A stretch of DNA of 64,000 nt, taken from the NCBI GenBank assembly GCA_902553145.1, contig CACDKD010000002.1, forward strand, positions 160,990 to 224,989. Reading direction: 5' to 3'. The notes beneath the pieces are model-generated. The model did not search any database, was not told the DNA's origin, and was given only the letters and a program-made list of their open reading frames with translations. Below are positions 1 through 11,295 of this stretch, in pieces. The position numbers and the translations under genes were made by a program. The stretch's first letter is position 1. Every line of letters begins with the position of its first letter. The DNA is from an uncultured Gammaproteobacteria bacterium. Lineage in GTDB: Bacteria; Pseudomonadota; Gammaproteobacteria; Steroidobacterales; UBA11654.

Positions 1-578
1 GCATCAATTAAGAATTTATCAAAAAAGGATTTGTAGTAAGTTCTTACCCTTCGGTAACCATCAATGAATACAGCAGTGTAATCATGAAGATGCACTTCAT
101 CTGCAAATGCTGCAAGATAATACTGTGCAGTTCCATACCCTTGAGTACTGTAAGCAATCACTTTCTTGCCAGAGGTTTTAAATTCAGTGATTTCATTTGC
201 AATCAATTCAAGCTTTGTGCTGCTTCCGCCAGAAAAGTCATCTGTGCTGATTAGCAGTGTTGAAATATCTTCATTGTCTTTTGCATGACTTATCACGCGG
301 ATTACGTCAGTAATGAGTGTTTCGGTTTGCGATTCGCCAGAAAACTGCGAGAATGCTCTCTCAAAATCTGACTGTGAGAGTTCCTCTACTAAAGCTCCTT
401 TTATATTCAGATTCAATATCGCGCCCTCTTCTATTGGGTCATCATCAGATGGAAATAGTCCTCCAATGATTGATAAAGATATGAATAGAAGCACTACAAA
501 TATTGCGGTTCTTTTTAAGAAGACTCCTGATGCATCTAAAAAACTTCCTAGTTTAGATATTTTCTCTTTCACGCTCAT
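1..578 (-). CDS. sppA: signal peptide peptidase SppA (protease IV), N-terminal part; the 3' end lies beyond the left window edge
   Basis: Missing from the ORF track because it runs off the edge. Reverse translation from ATG 578 gives MSVKEKISKLGSFLDASGVFLKRTAIFVVLLFISL...ISHAKDNEDISTLLISTDDFSGGSS..EFKTSGKKVIAYSTQGYGTAQYYLAAFADEVHLH. This is collinear with the E. coli SppA TM anchor and first domain (RQAKDDRNITGIVMDL..EFRDSGKPVYAVGENYSQGQYYLASFANKIWL). Confidence 0.8.
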   Translation of the reverse strand, partial: MSVKEKISKLGSFLDASGVFLKRTAIFVVLLFISLSIIGGLFPSDDDPIEEGAILNLNIKGALVEELSQSDFERAFSQFSGESQTETLITDVIRVISHAKDNEDISTLLISTDDFSGGSSTKLELIANEITEFKTSGKKVIAYSTQGYGTAQYYLAAFADEVHLHDYTAVFIDGYRRVRTYYKSFFDKFLID

Positions 579-690
579 TTATGATCCTTAAATATATTTA
601 CGTTTATATTGATGAACTATAACTCATACCCATCCAAAAATATTGAATTAAATATGGAGTGTAAATCAGTTTTAGGTTTGATTAGTTGGG

Positions 691-1032
691 TTAGACTTTT
701 TCTTTAATTCTGGCAGATTTACCGCTTCTCTCACGAAGATAGTAGAGTTTTGCTCGTCTGACATCGCCTTTACGCTTCACCTTAACCTCGGTGATGAGTT
801 TACTGTGGGTTTGAAAGACACGTTCAACGCCTTCGCCATTTGAAATTTTTCGAACAGTAAATGAGGAGTTAAGACCTCTATTTTTTTTGGCAATAACTAC
901 ACCCTCAAATATCTGAAGCCTCTCCCTTTCTCCTTCTCGAATCCTTACTTGAACAGCCACTGTATCTCCTGGCGAGAACTCAGGAATATCGTCTCTTAAC
1001 TGCTCTTTTTCAATTTGTTCAATAATGTTCAT
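691..1032 (-). CDS. rplS: 50S ribosomal protein L19
   Basis: 113 aa, full-length match to L19 ([57 protein letters not shown]). It is the last gene of the rpsP-rimM-trmD-rplS block. Confidence 0.97.
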   Translation of the reverse strand: MNIIEQIEKEQLRDDIPEFSPGDTVAVQVRIREGERERLQIFEGVVIAKKNRGLNSSFTVRKISNGEGVERVFQTHSKLITEVKVKRKGDVRRAKLYYLRERSGKSARIKEKV

Positions 1033-1092
1033 TTCAATTTCCGTAGTCTGAAATTTTGAGCATTGTATATCAAGCCATGTATATGTTAAAGA

Positions 1093-1830
1093 TTATTCTG
1101 GATCATTTTTTATAGCATCAATAATCTCAATCTCATCTTCACTAAGATTGGATCTATCAATTAAGTCAGGCCTCTTTAGGTAGGTATTCCTCAAGGATTG
1201 CACTCTTCTCCACTGATTTATTTTTTGATGATCACCGCTTAGTAAAATTTCTGGTACTTTATCTCCATTAACCTCTGTAGGTCTCGTGTAGTGAGGATAT
1301 TCCAATAGGCCATCACTGAATGATTCCTCAAGAATAGACTCCCTGTCGCCTAGAACCCCTGGAATCAGTCTTGAGATGGAATCTATCACTACAGCACATG
1401 CTGTTTCTCCTCCTGAAAGGATGTATTCGCCAATTGAGAGTTCCTCATGGTTATCAGTTTGATCGATCGCTCTTTGATCAAGACCTTCATATCTTGATGA
1501 AACAATTATAATCTCATCAAGTTTAGAAAGCTCTTTTGCCTTATCTTGATTAAATGTTTTTCCTTGTGGGGATAAGAAAACTACCGGAATATTGATATCA
1601 CCATTTCTTGCTTGCTGAATTGACTTTAAAACCGGCTCAGCTTGCATAACCATACCAGGCCCTCCACCATATGGCTTATCATCAATGGAGTTATGCTTAT
1701 TATCAGCATGTATCCTTGGATCATGGCAATCAATTCTAATTTTATTATCATTTATTGCATTGCCAATAACTCCATAATTCAATGACCGCATGAGTTCATT
1801 GGGAAAAATAGTGATAATATTAAATTTCAT
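1093..1830 (-). CDS. trmD: tRNA (guanine37-N1)-methyltransferase
   Basis: 245 aa. Carries TrmD motifs: ITIFP, DDKPYGGGPGMVM, SPQG..F.Q, CGRYEG-like SSRYEGLDQR, EEISIGDY-like ELSIGEYILSGGE. Synteny supports the call. Confidence 0.95.
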   Translation of the reverse strand: MKFNIITIFPNELMRSLNYGVIGNAINDNKIRIDCHDPRIHADNKHNSIDDKPYGGGPGMVMQAEPVLKSIQQARNGDINIPVVFLSPQGKTFNQDKAKELSKLDEIIIVSSRYEGLDQRAIDQTDNHEELSIGEYILSGGETACAVVIDSISRLIPGVLGDRESILEESFSDGLLEYPHYTRPTEVNGDKVPEILLSGDHQKINQWRRVQSLRNTYLKRPDLIDRSNLSEDEIEIIDAIKNDPE

Positions 1831-1836
1831 CGGCTC

Positions 1837-2349
1837 TTATTCTCCATCATTCCAATCGACTGAAATTATCTTTTTCTTTAGATCTACTTTTTTTACCACT
1901 TCGACATTGATGAAAGGGATTAGCATCCTATTCTTATTACTACCTATTACAATCATTACATCATTAGAGCCGGTCTCAAAAAAAGAGTCTAAAATGCCTA
2001 AATTAAGATTATCTTCGTTATGTACTTCAAAGCCAATAAGATCTCTCCAGTAATATGAATTGGGCGATAGTTCTGGTAAATCTCTTCTATTAACAACAAT
2101 CAGACATTTAACTAATTCTTCTGATTGGTTTCTATCATCGATACCTGCAAGCTTTACTCTTATTATTTTTCCGCTAAATGAATAGTCTTGAATATCATAT
2201 GGTAAATACTCATCTTCCTTTTTAAGGAAAATAGATTTGTAAGAAAAGATATTATCAACCGGATCTGTGTAAGAAAGAATTTTCAACCATCCTTTTATAC
2301 CATGAGGCGAAGATACTTGCCCTATGACCACTTTTTCTTGGTCATTCAT
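1837..2349 (-). CDS. rimM: 16S rRNA processing protein RimM
   Basis: 170 aa. Has the G.V..PHGIKGW.K. N-terminal motif and a PRC-barrel C-terminus (LIPF....V..VDL..K.I). Sits between rpsP and trmD. Confidence 0.92.
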   Translation of the reverse strand: MNDQEKVVIGQVSSPHGIKGWLKILSYTDPVDNIFSYKSIFLKKEDEYLPYDIQDYSFSGKIIRVKLAGIDDRNQSEELVKCLIVVNRRDLPELSPNSYYWRDLIGFEVHNEDNLNLGILDSFFETGSNDVMIVIGSNKNRMLIPFINVEVVKKVDLKKKIISVDWNDGE

Positions 2350-2394
2350 AATTAGTTTAGAAATCCTGGAGGGTTAAAGAAGCAAGAAGATAAT

Positions 2395-2823
2395 CTAGCT
2401 CTCATCCTTTTTCTTATCATCTTCCTCTGCTGGAGCTTCCTCTTCAGCTGGAGCTTCCTCTTCAGCTGGAGCTTCTTCCTCTGCTGGAGCTTCAGCGGCT
2501 AATTTAGCAGCTTTCTCAGCTTCTCTTTTGGCTTGTTTCTTTTGGAGCTTATTTAATTTTTTTGAGTCTCTATCTTCTCTTGATAGTTCTTTAAGTTTAA
2601 TCAGATTAAGAACACGGTCACTGATTTGAGCGCCAACTGATTTCCAATAATCAAGTCTCTCTGAGTCGATAACAATATCTTCCTCGTTATCTCTTGCTCT
2701 TGGATTAAAGTAACCCAATCTCTCGATGTATTTACCATCTCGAGGATTTCTACTATCAGTAGCTACTATGTGATAAAAAGGACGCTTTTTAGAACCGCCT
2801 CTTGATAATCTAATTTTAACCAT
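2395..2823 (-). CDS. rpsP: 30S ribosomal protein S16 with a ~60-aa charged C-terminal extension
   Basis: N-terminus [41 protein letters not shown] is canonical S16. The protein is 142 aa versus 82 aa in E. coli. The tail holds a K-rich segment followed by (APAEEE)n. Confidence 0.95.
   Translation of the reverse strand: MVKIRLSRGGSKKRPFYHIVATDSRNPRDGKYIERLGYFNPRARDNEEDIVIDSERLDYWKSVGAQISDRVLNLIKLKELSREDRDSKKLNKLQKKQAKREAEKAAKLAAEAPAEEEAPAEEEAPAEEEAPAEEDDKKKDES
2421..2495 (-). repeat. 18-nt in-frame tandem repeat (about 4 copies) inside the rpsP 3' end, encoding APAEEE hexapeptides
   Basis: Plus-strand units are cttcctctgctggag (2421-2435), cttcctcttcagctggag (2436-2453), cttcctcttcagctggag (2454-2471) and cttcttcctctgctggag (2472-2489). 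Confidence 0.9.
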
Positions 2824-2963
2824 TCTTGTTACTCATCAAATATATTTAAGTTATGGCGCGGAATTGTACGGTAAATTGCATATGAGGTCTAGATAGTTTT
2901 CTTGACACAATCTCCATCAAGTATGAAAATAGCCGAATATTAATAATAAAGGAGTCGCTGTAA

Positions 2964-4250
2964 TTGAGCGATGACATTCCGCTGGAATACCTTTTTGTAA
3001 TTCTAGCCATACTAATCTTACTATCTGCATTCTTCTCTGGAACGGAAACTGCACTCATGAGAGTGAATAAATACCGTGTAAGACATCTTGCAAAGAAGGG
3101 GGACAAGAGTGCAAAACTAGCCGAAAAACTTCTAAAGAAGCCAGATAAGCTAATTGCTTTCATTCTTCTTGGAACAAACTTGGTTAACTTCATTGCCGCA
3201 TCTCTTGTGGGGGTCGTATCTATGGAAATAGGTGGGCCAACAGGAGTTGTTGTTGGAACAATCTTATTAACTGCAGTGGTATTACTCTTTTGTGAATCAA
3301 TACCTAAAACGGTCGCGGCAATCTTTCCTGAAAAAATAGCTCTTCCGGCGAGCAGGATTTATCACCCGCTAGTTAAATTTACAAAACCTTTTCTAGGGGT
3401 TATCAATTTTTTCACCAATATGGTTCTTAAACTCCTGGGGTCAGGCCCAAATGATCAGGAAGAAAAAATATCAGTTGATGAACTCAAAACAATCATTACA
3501 GACGGACTTACTAAAACTGCTTTTGATAGACAAAACATCATGATGGGTGTTTTGGATCTGGGTAGTATGACCGTTGAAGACATAATGCTTCCCCATAATG
3601 AAGTGGTAGGAATTGATTTGAGCAAATCAGATGAAACAAACATAAGGGTAATTCAAAAAAACTTCCACTCCTCTTTGCCAGTTTATGAAGATGTTCTTGA
3701 CAACCTAAAAGGGGTGCTTGATCTAAATGAATTCCTGATGAATGTTGATCTTGATTCTTTTAGTAATGATTCAGTGATGCAACATATGAAAAAGCCATAT
3801 TTCATTCCAGAAACAACCTCATTGAGTCAGCAACTCGTTGAGTTTAAATCTAAAAAACAAAAAACAGCTTTCGCGGTGGATGAATATGGGAATATCCAAG
3901 GGCTCATAACGATAGAAGATATTTTTGAAGAAATTGTAGGAGATTATCTTGAAGGAACCCAGAAATTAAACCAAGAAATGAAGCCTAAGAAAGTAAATGA
4001 TTCCTATATTGTCAATGCGTCTTCTAATATCCGGGTTCTAAATAAAATGATGAATTGGGATATACCTATTGATGAAGCTAAAACAATCAATGGTGCCGTT
4101 CTTGAAAATCTTGGATATATTCCTAAAGAAGGAGCCGATTTCAGACTCGGTAATTATGTCATTGGAATTGTTTCAACCAAAGAAAATGCAGTTGAAACAG
4201 TTACGATTAAAAACTTAGATGAAGATTATGAGCTAAAAGTTGTTTCTTAG
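2964..4250 (+). CDS. CNNM/HlyC-CorC family membrane protein (DUF21 + CBS pair + CorC_HlyC domain)
   Basis: 428 aa. TTG start sits 9 nt after AAGGAG. The N-terminus LLSAFFSGTETALM is the DUF21 signature. A CBS region (VEDIMLPHNEV) and a C-terminal transporter-associated domain follow. It lies divergent from the rpsP operon, as E. coli yfjD does. Confidence 0.85.
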   Translation: MSDDIPLEYLFVILAILILLSAFFSGTETALMRVNKYRVRHLAKKGDKSAKLAEKLLKKPDKLIAFILLGTNLVNFIAASLVGVVSMEIGGPTGVVVGTILLTAVVLLFCESIPKTVAAIFPEKIALPASRIYHPLVKFTKPFLGVINFFTNMVLKLLGSGPNDQEEKISVDELKTIITDGLTKTAFDRQNIMMGVLDLGSMTVEDIMLPHNEVVGIDLSKSDETNIRVIQKNFHSSLPVYEDVLDNLKGVLDLNEFLMNVDLDSFSNDSVMQHMKKPYFIPETTSLSQQLVEFKSKKQKTAFAVDEYGNIQGLITIEDIFEEIVGDYLEGTQKLNQEMKPKKVNDSYIVNASSNIRVLNKMMNWDIPIDEAKTINGAVLENLGYIPKEGADFRLGNYVIGIVSTKENAVETVTIKNLDEDYELKVVS

Positions 4251-5635
4251 AATTGCTCATATTCGGGACTCCAGTTCTCAAACTTCGTATAACGCCCTAC
4301 CCACGTTAGATTGAATTTACCGATTGCCCCATTCCTTTGCTTGGCAACATTAATCTGTGCTATTCCTTTTTTGTCTGTTTCAGGATCATAGACCTCTTCA
4401 CGATATATGAATGCAATAAGATCAGCATCTTGCTCAATTGCACCTGACTCTCTTAGATCAGACATTTGTGGAACCTTATCAGTACGCTGTTCAACACTTC
4501 GGTTCAATTGAGAAAGAGCAATAATCGGGACATTTAACTCCCTAGCTAAAGCTTTTAGATTTCTTGATATCTCTGATATTTCAGTAGCTCTATTTTCTTT
4601 ATTTCCATGAACCTGCATAAGCTGGAGATAATCAATCAAAATAAGAGACAATCCTTTTTCTCTCTGAATTCTTCTTGCCCTTGCTCTCAGCTCAATGGGC
4701 GTAAGGGACGGCGCATCGTCAATATAAATTGGTGCATCTTTGATTTGCTGAATTGCACCATCGATCCTGTTCCAGTCTCTTTCTTCAAGCTTACCCGTCC
4801 TCATGGAATGTGAATTGACTCTCCCTAAAGATGAGATCATCCGTTGAGCAAGTGAGCTGGCTGACATTTCCATACTAAATACAGCGACAGGTTCTTTATC
4901 AGCGAGTGCTGCATGTTCAGCAATATTGAGTGCAAAAGCAGTTTTACCCATTGAGGGTCTACCAGCAATGATAATGAGTTCGCCCTTCTGCAAACCTGCA
5001 GTCAAGTTATCGAGTTCTCTAAAGCCTGATGAAACACCAGTCAATCCGCCACCGCCCTGTGATCTTTTATCTAATTCATCATAAGTTTCCTTCACAAGGT
5101 CGCTCATGTGTGCAAAAGTGCCTTTCTTTGTGCCACGTTCAGCGATCTCAAATATATATGACTCTGCAATATCTACTAGCTCAGTAGGTGTTCGTCCTTC
5201 GGGTTTATAAGCATTTTGAGATATATCATTACTGATCTGAATAAGCTCTCTTAGAAGTGCTTTTTCTCTGATTATTTTTGCATACTCAGTAACATTAGAG
5301 CTTCCTGCTGTCGTTTCAATGATTTCAGACAAGTATTCAATTCCTGATTCAGGCATGTCAGCATCATTCGAGTCAAGATAATCAGAAACAGTCAAAACAT
5401 CAGTAACTTTTGAGTCTTCTCTTAACTCTTGTATTGCTATAAATACTGCTTTATTTTCTGGGTGATAAAAATCACGGTCCGAGACTAGGTCAGCAATCTT
5501 GTCGTATGCTTCCCCATTAGGATCCAAGATAAGCCCGCCAATAAGGGCTGCTTCCGCCTCTGTAGAATGAGGTGGTAATGATATTTGTCCTAATGATTTA
5601 TTTGATCTATCGGTCTCTGCTGCAGATTTTGCCAT
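4247..5635 (-). CDS. dnaB: replicative DNA helicase DnaB
   Basis: 462 aa. Motifs: PPHS.EAE.A..G, Walker A GRPSMGKTAFALN, IDYLQLM, and SQLNR..E.R.DK.P..SDLRESG.IEQDAD. Confidence 0.97.
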   Translation of the reverse strand: MAKSAAETDRSNKSLGQISLPPHSTEAEAALIGGLILDPNGEAYDKIADLVSDRDFYHPENKAVFIAIQELREDSKVTDVLTVSDYLDSNDADMPESGIEYLSEIIETTAGSSNVTEYAKIIREKALLRELIQISNDISQNAYKPEGRTPTELVDIAESYIFEIAERGTKKGTFAHMSDLVKETYDELDKRSQGGGGLTGVSSGFRELDNLTAGLQKGELIIIAGRPSMGKTAFALNIAEHAALADKEPVAVFSMEMSASSLAQRMISSLGRVNSHSMRTGKLEERDWNRIDGAIQQIKDAPIYIDDAPSLTPIELRARARRIQREKGLSLILIDYLQLMQVHGNKENRATEISEISRNLKALARELNVPIIALSQLNRSVEQRTDKVPQMSDLRESGAIEQDADLIAFIYREEVYDPETDKKGIAQINVAKQRNGAIGKFNLTWVGRYTKFENWSPEYEQF

Positions 5636-6175
5636 TTATTCGGATTCTTCGGTATTTTCAGTATCAATGTTTTCTTCATTGATATTATCTTCTTCCTCTT
5701 CAGAATCCAAAGTATTTTTAATGGCGACTTCACCACCGACAACTTCCACGTTAATGATGACCTGAATTTCTGGATGAAATAGTAACTCTACATCATGTGA
5801 CCCAATCGTTTTAATTGGTCCCTCAGGCATATTGATATAACTTCTTTCTAGCTCTATGCCTTTTTCATTTGCTGCATTTGCTATATCAATTGTTCCAATT
5901 GAACCATAAAGCGTGCCCTCTTCTGTCACATTCGCTTCAATGGTCAATTTTAATCCCTCAAATGTCTGAGCTTTTTCTCGAAGCAAGGAGAGTTCTCCTT
6001 CTTGTTTCTTTCTGAGTTCTTCTTTTTGCTGTTCAAGGTTCTTGAGATTATCAGCAGTTGCGAAAACTGCCTTGCCCTGTGGAACAAGAAAATTTCTTCC
6101 ATAACCTGGCTTAACAGAAACAACGTCTCCTATTTCACCCAGGTTCTTAATGTCTTCTTTGAGTATAACTTCCAT
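5636..6175 (-). CDS. rplI: 50S ribosomal protein L9 with an acidic C-terminal extension
   Basis: MEVILKEDIKNLGEIGDVVSVKPGYGRNFLVPQGKA is canonical L9. The protein is 179 aa versus 149 in E. coli and ends ...DSEEEEDNINEENIDTENTEESE. Its stop directly abuts the dnaB start. Confidence 0.95.
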   Translation of the reverse strand: MEVILKEDIKNLGEIGDVVSVKPGYGRNFLVPQGKAVFATADNLKNLEQQKEELRKKQEGELSLLREKAQTFEGLKLTIEANVTEEGTLYGSIGTIDIANAANEKGIELERSYINMPEGPIKTIGSHDVELLFHPEIQVIINVEVVGGEVAIKNTLDSEEEEDNINEENIDTENTEESE

Positions 6176-6185
6176 AACTATCTTC

Positions 6186-6449
6186 TTATCTATGTTGATC
6201 TGTAAATGGTAACAAAGCTAAAAATCTTGCTCTCTTAATAGCTACAGCAAGCTGTTTTTGATAATTAGCTTTTGTTCCTGTGATTCTGCTAGGTATTATT
6301 TTTCCAGTCTCAGTGATGTATTTCTTTAAAACATCGATGTCTTTATAATCGATTTGATCAACACCCTCAGCAGTGAATTTACAGAATTTATTTTTATTTC
6401 TGTTTACACCTTTCTTTCTTCTAAAGTCTTTACCCTTCTTTCTTTTCAT
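6186..6449 (-). CDS. rpsR: 30S ribosomal protein S18
   Basis: 87 aa. [64 protein letters not shown] aligns throughout with E. coli S18. An extra basic N-terminus is present. Confidence 0.95.
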   Translation of the reverse strand: MKRKKGKDFRRKKGVNRNKNKFCKFTAEGVDQIDYKDIDVLKKYITETGKIIPSRITGTKANYQKQLAVAIKRARFLALLPFTDQHR

Positions 6450-6972
6450 CGGTCTCTTCCTCTACTTTATCTTCTTCAGTGGTTTCGGTTTGATTTTCTG
6501 TATCGACAGCCTCTTCTTGGGTTTCCTTTTTAATCTCCTCATCAACTTGCTCTTCTTCTTTAGCATCTGATACTGGGGTGTCTGATTCACTCTTAGTTTC
6601 TTTCTTTTCGACTGCAGGTCTATCTTTGGCTTTTTTTGAATCGTCTTTCTTATTGTTTAATTCAAAGAGTTTTGAGTCACCTGTTTCAGCTTTTTTCATT
6701 TTGACTATCAAATGTCTCATTATTGAATCATTAAACTTGAATAACGATTCCAGTTCGGCGATCACGCCTTCATTGGATTCAATGTTCATAAGGACATAAT
6801 GCGCTTTATGCATATCCTCGATGGTATACGCAAGAGGCATTCTGCCAATATCTTCAGTTCTATGGATCACTCCGTCAGATTTCTTGACGGTTTCCTGATA
6901 CCGGTTAATCATTTCCGGGACTTGCTCACTCTGGTCTGGATGGACCAGCAACACTAATTCATAATGTCTCAT
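6430..6972 (-). CDS. rpsF: 30S ribosomal protein S6 with a ~75-aa acidic C-terminal extension
   Basis: [25 protein letters not shown]...[11 protein letters not shown] is canonical S6. The protein is 180 aa. Its tail overlaps the rpsR start by 20 nt, and no priB lies between them. Confidence 0.93.
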   Translation of the reverse strand: MRHYELVLLVHPDQSEQVPEMINRYQETVKKSDGVIHRTEDIGRMPLAYTIEDMHKAHYVLMNIESNEGVIAELESLFKFNDSIMRHLIVKMKKAETGDSKLFELNNKKDDSKKAKDRPAVEKKETKSESDTPVSDAKEEEQVDEEIKKETQEEAVDTENQTETTEEDKVEEETDEKKEG

Positions 6973-7072
6973 GTTTTTCCTTTTGGTTTAAAGCTACCCA
7001 ACTTTAGTATTGGTGCAGCAAGGTTATTTATATTGTCAGCGGATCGTACAGAAATTATTCCGATAATTCAAA

Positions 7073-9114
<2,042 letters not shown>

Positions 9115-9303
9115 CTAGAAAAAAAAGTTCATTAAGATGACACCCATTATAATCAAGATAAGGCCTGTAATCCTTATTGAATTCTCATCCGTGTTGAGCA
9201 TTTGCATCAGCAGATATTTATAAAGCTTTGGTGAAATAAAGGGCAAGAGGCCTTCCAGTATTAAAAATACCGACAAAGCAAAGACTAACTCGCTGACCCC
9301 CAT
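9115..9303 (-). CDS. DUF2065 small membrane protein (YjeT-like)
   Basis: 62 aa with two TM segments and the LEGLLPFISPK motif, comparable to E. coli YjeT LEGLGPMLYPK. It occupies the syntenic slot between hflC and purA. Confidence 0.75.
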   Translation of the reverse strand: MGVSELVFALSVFLILEGLLPFISPKLYKYLLMQMLNTDENSIRITGLILIIMGVILMNFFF

Positions 9304-9318
9304 CGCTAAAAATATTGA

Positions 9319-10179
9319 TTATTCTGGGGATTGATTGTTTAAATACTTGAAGAAATCTCCTTCCGAATCAAGAACAAGTATGTCATTGGATGTCCCAATG
9401 GATGTCTTGTATGCCTCGATACTCCTGTAGAATGAGTAAAATTCACGATCTTTATTATATGCCGTTGCATAAACATTGGCAGCAGTTGCATCGCCTTCAC
9501 CTTTAATGATTTGTGAATCACGATTTGCGTTTGCAAGAATCTCTGTCCTTGCCCTGTCAGCTTCTGCTCTAATCACAGTGGCTTCTTCGCTTCCCTCTGC
9601 TCTTAGCTCTGAAGCGATTCTGGCTCTTTCCTGTCTCATTCTGTTGTAAACAGACTCACTGACGTCATCCGAGAGCTCGATTCTTTTTACTCTGACATCG
9701 ACTAATTCGATTCCTAAATTTCTCGCATTATTTGCCGCATCAGTCAACATTCCAGACATGAGCTCTCTTCTTTCCTTTGAGACAACCTCGACCACTGTTC
9801 TCTTTGCAAACTCAGAACGAAGTCCGTCTTTGACATTCTCTAGAAGTCGTTGTGCTGCTACAAGCTCATCGCCACCTGTTGATCTGTAGTAATCTGTTGA
9901 GTTAGCGATTCTCCATTTGATAAAAAAGTCCACAAATAGATTTTTCTTTTCAGCAGTCAAAAACAGTTCCTGAGGGTTATTAATCGTCAAAATCCTCTTG
10001 GGATACTTGTTTACATTATTCACAAACGGAAATTTAAAATGGATGCCTGGCTCATAATCAGATTGAATGATTTCACCGAATCTGAATTTAAGCGCCATCT
10101 CTCTCTCATCTACAGTAAATACACTGTTTGAAATGATTACAAATATAGCTACAAGTACGAATATAAATAAATTTTTCAT
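9319..10179 (-). CDS. hflC: protease modulator HflC (SPFH/band-7)
   Basis: 286 aa. N-terminal TM followed by an SPFH domain (F.V.E.E.A...RFGE). It immediately follows hflK. Confidence 0.92.
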   Translation of the reverse strand: MKNLFIFVLVAIFVIISNSVFTVDEREMALKFRFGEIIQSDYEPGIHFKFPFVNNVNKYPKRILTINNPQELFLTAEKKNLFVDFFIKWRIANSTDYYRSTGGDELVAAQRLLENVKDGLRSEFAKRTVVEVVSKERRELMSGMLTDAANNARNLGIELVDVRVKRIELSDDVSESVYNRMRQERARIASELRAEGSEEATVIRAEADRARTEILANANRDSQIIKGEGDATAANVYATAYNKDREFYSFYRSIEAYKTSIGTSNDILVLDSEGDFFKYLNNQSPE

Positions 10180-11273
10180 TATCTGACCCTCCTCATTCTA
10201 GGATCTTGAGAATTGGTAGTTGAATTCTGACGAGATGGTTGTGATGTTGCATTATTGCTTGTCTCGTTTTTCTGAGTGGAGTTTTGCTGAAGAAGCTTAT
10301 CTATTGGCAGGTACATCAAATTTCCACTGCCATCAGAGTCCATCAGGACCTTGTTTGAATTTCCATAAACATTTTCAATTGCTTCTATGTAGAGCCTCTC
10401 CCTGGTGACTTCTGGAGCCTTTTGATACTCTACCAATAACTTACTGAATCTTTCAGCCTCACCTTCTGAATCGGCAATTACTTTGGCTTTATATGCTTCA
10501 GCTTCCTGAATCATTTTAGCTGCATCACCTCTTGCTTTTGGGACGATATCATTCGCATACGCTTCAGCTTCGAAAGCATATCTCTCTTTATCCTCTCTCG
10601 CTTTGATTGCATCTTGTACAGCATTTTCTACTTGAACTGGAAAATTTGCATCTTGCAATGCAACCTGAGTTACAGTAATTCCTGTTCCGTATTCATCAAG
10701 TGTATTCTGAATAACTTCTTGTGTTTGAATGGCAATCGAAGAACGTCCTTCGGTCAATATAAAATCAAGATCCGTTTTCCCTGCAACCTCTCTGATTGCG
10801 CTTTCACTGACTTCGCTTAATGTCTCCTCTGGATCCCTAACATTAAAGAGATAGTCAACAGGATTTGTTTTTCGGTATTGGACGACAAGATCAACAACAA
10901 TGATGTTTTCATCTGAGGTAAGCATAGTGGTTTGTTGTTTAAATCGATTGACCACATTTACATTGACTATTTCAACTGACTCAATCGGCCATGGAACATG
11001 CCAACGAAGACCGGGTGTGGTTGTTTGACTGTATTCACCAAATCTCAATACAACTCCCCTTTCAGAGTCATCCACCTGATAGAGGCCAGTGAGAATCCAT
11101 AAAAATAAGCCGAGCACGATTAGTAGACTAGAAGGAGGCCCTTTCTTTTGTGAGCTTCCATTTGATGATCCACCAAAAAGTGTATTGAAACGTTTTTGCC
11201 ACTCATCAACTATCTGATCTAAATCAGGCGGTTGATCTTTTGAATCCCAAGGTGATTTACCGTTATTTGTCAT
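10179..11273 (-). CDS. hflK: protease modulator HflK (SPFH/band-7)
   Basis: 364 aa. N-terminus SPWD....PPDLDQI...QKRF, then a TM and an SPFH domain. Overlaps hflC by 1 nt. Confidence 0.92.
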   Translation of the reverse strand: MTNNGKSPWDSKDQPPDLDQIVDEWQKRFNTLFGGSSNGSSQKKGPPSSLLIVLGLFLWILTGLYQVDDSERGVVLRFGEYSQTTTPGLRWHVPWPIESVEIVNVNVVNRFKQQTTMLTSDENIIVVDLVVQYRKTNPVDYLFNVRDPEETLSEVSESAIREVAGKTDLDFILTEGRSSIAIQTQEVIQNTLDEYGTGITVTQVALQDANFPVQVENAVQDAIKAREDKERYAFEAEAYANDIVPKARGDAAKMIQEAEAYKAKVIADSEGEAERFSKLLVEYQKAPEVTRERLYIEAIENVYGNSNKVLMDSDGSGNLMYLPIDKLLQQNSTQKNETSNNATSQPSRQNSTTNSQDPRMRRVR

Positions 11274-11295
11274 TGTCTGTTTAACTCCAATTTAA

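Noticed and set aside
313-591. 92-aa plus-strand ORF at the left edge
   Set aside because: It lies entirely antisense to a much better supported, edge-truncated sppA reading frame (1..578, minus). Its S-rich, low-complexity translation has no recognisable features.
2846-3193. 115-aa minus-strand ORF over the CNNM gene start and the divergent promoter region
   Set aside because: It overlaps the DUF21 N-terminus on the opposite strand, has no motif support, and would eliminate the rpsP/CNNM divergent promoter space.
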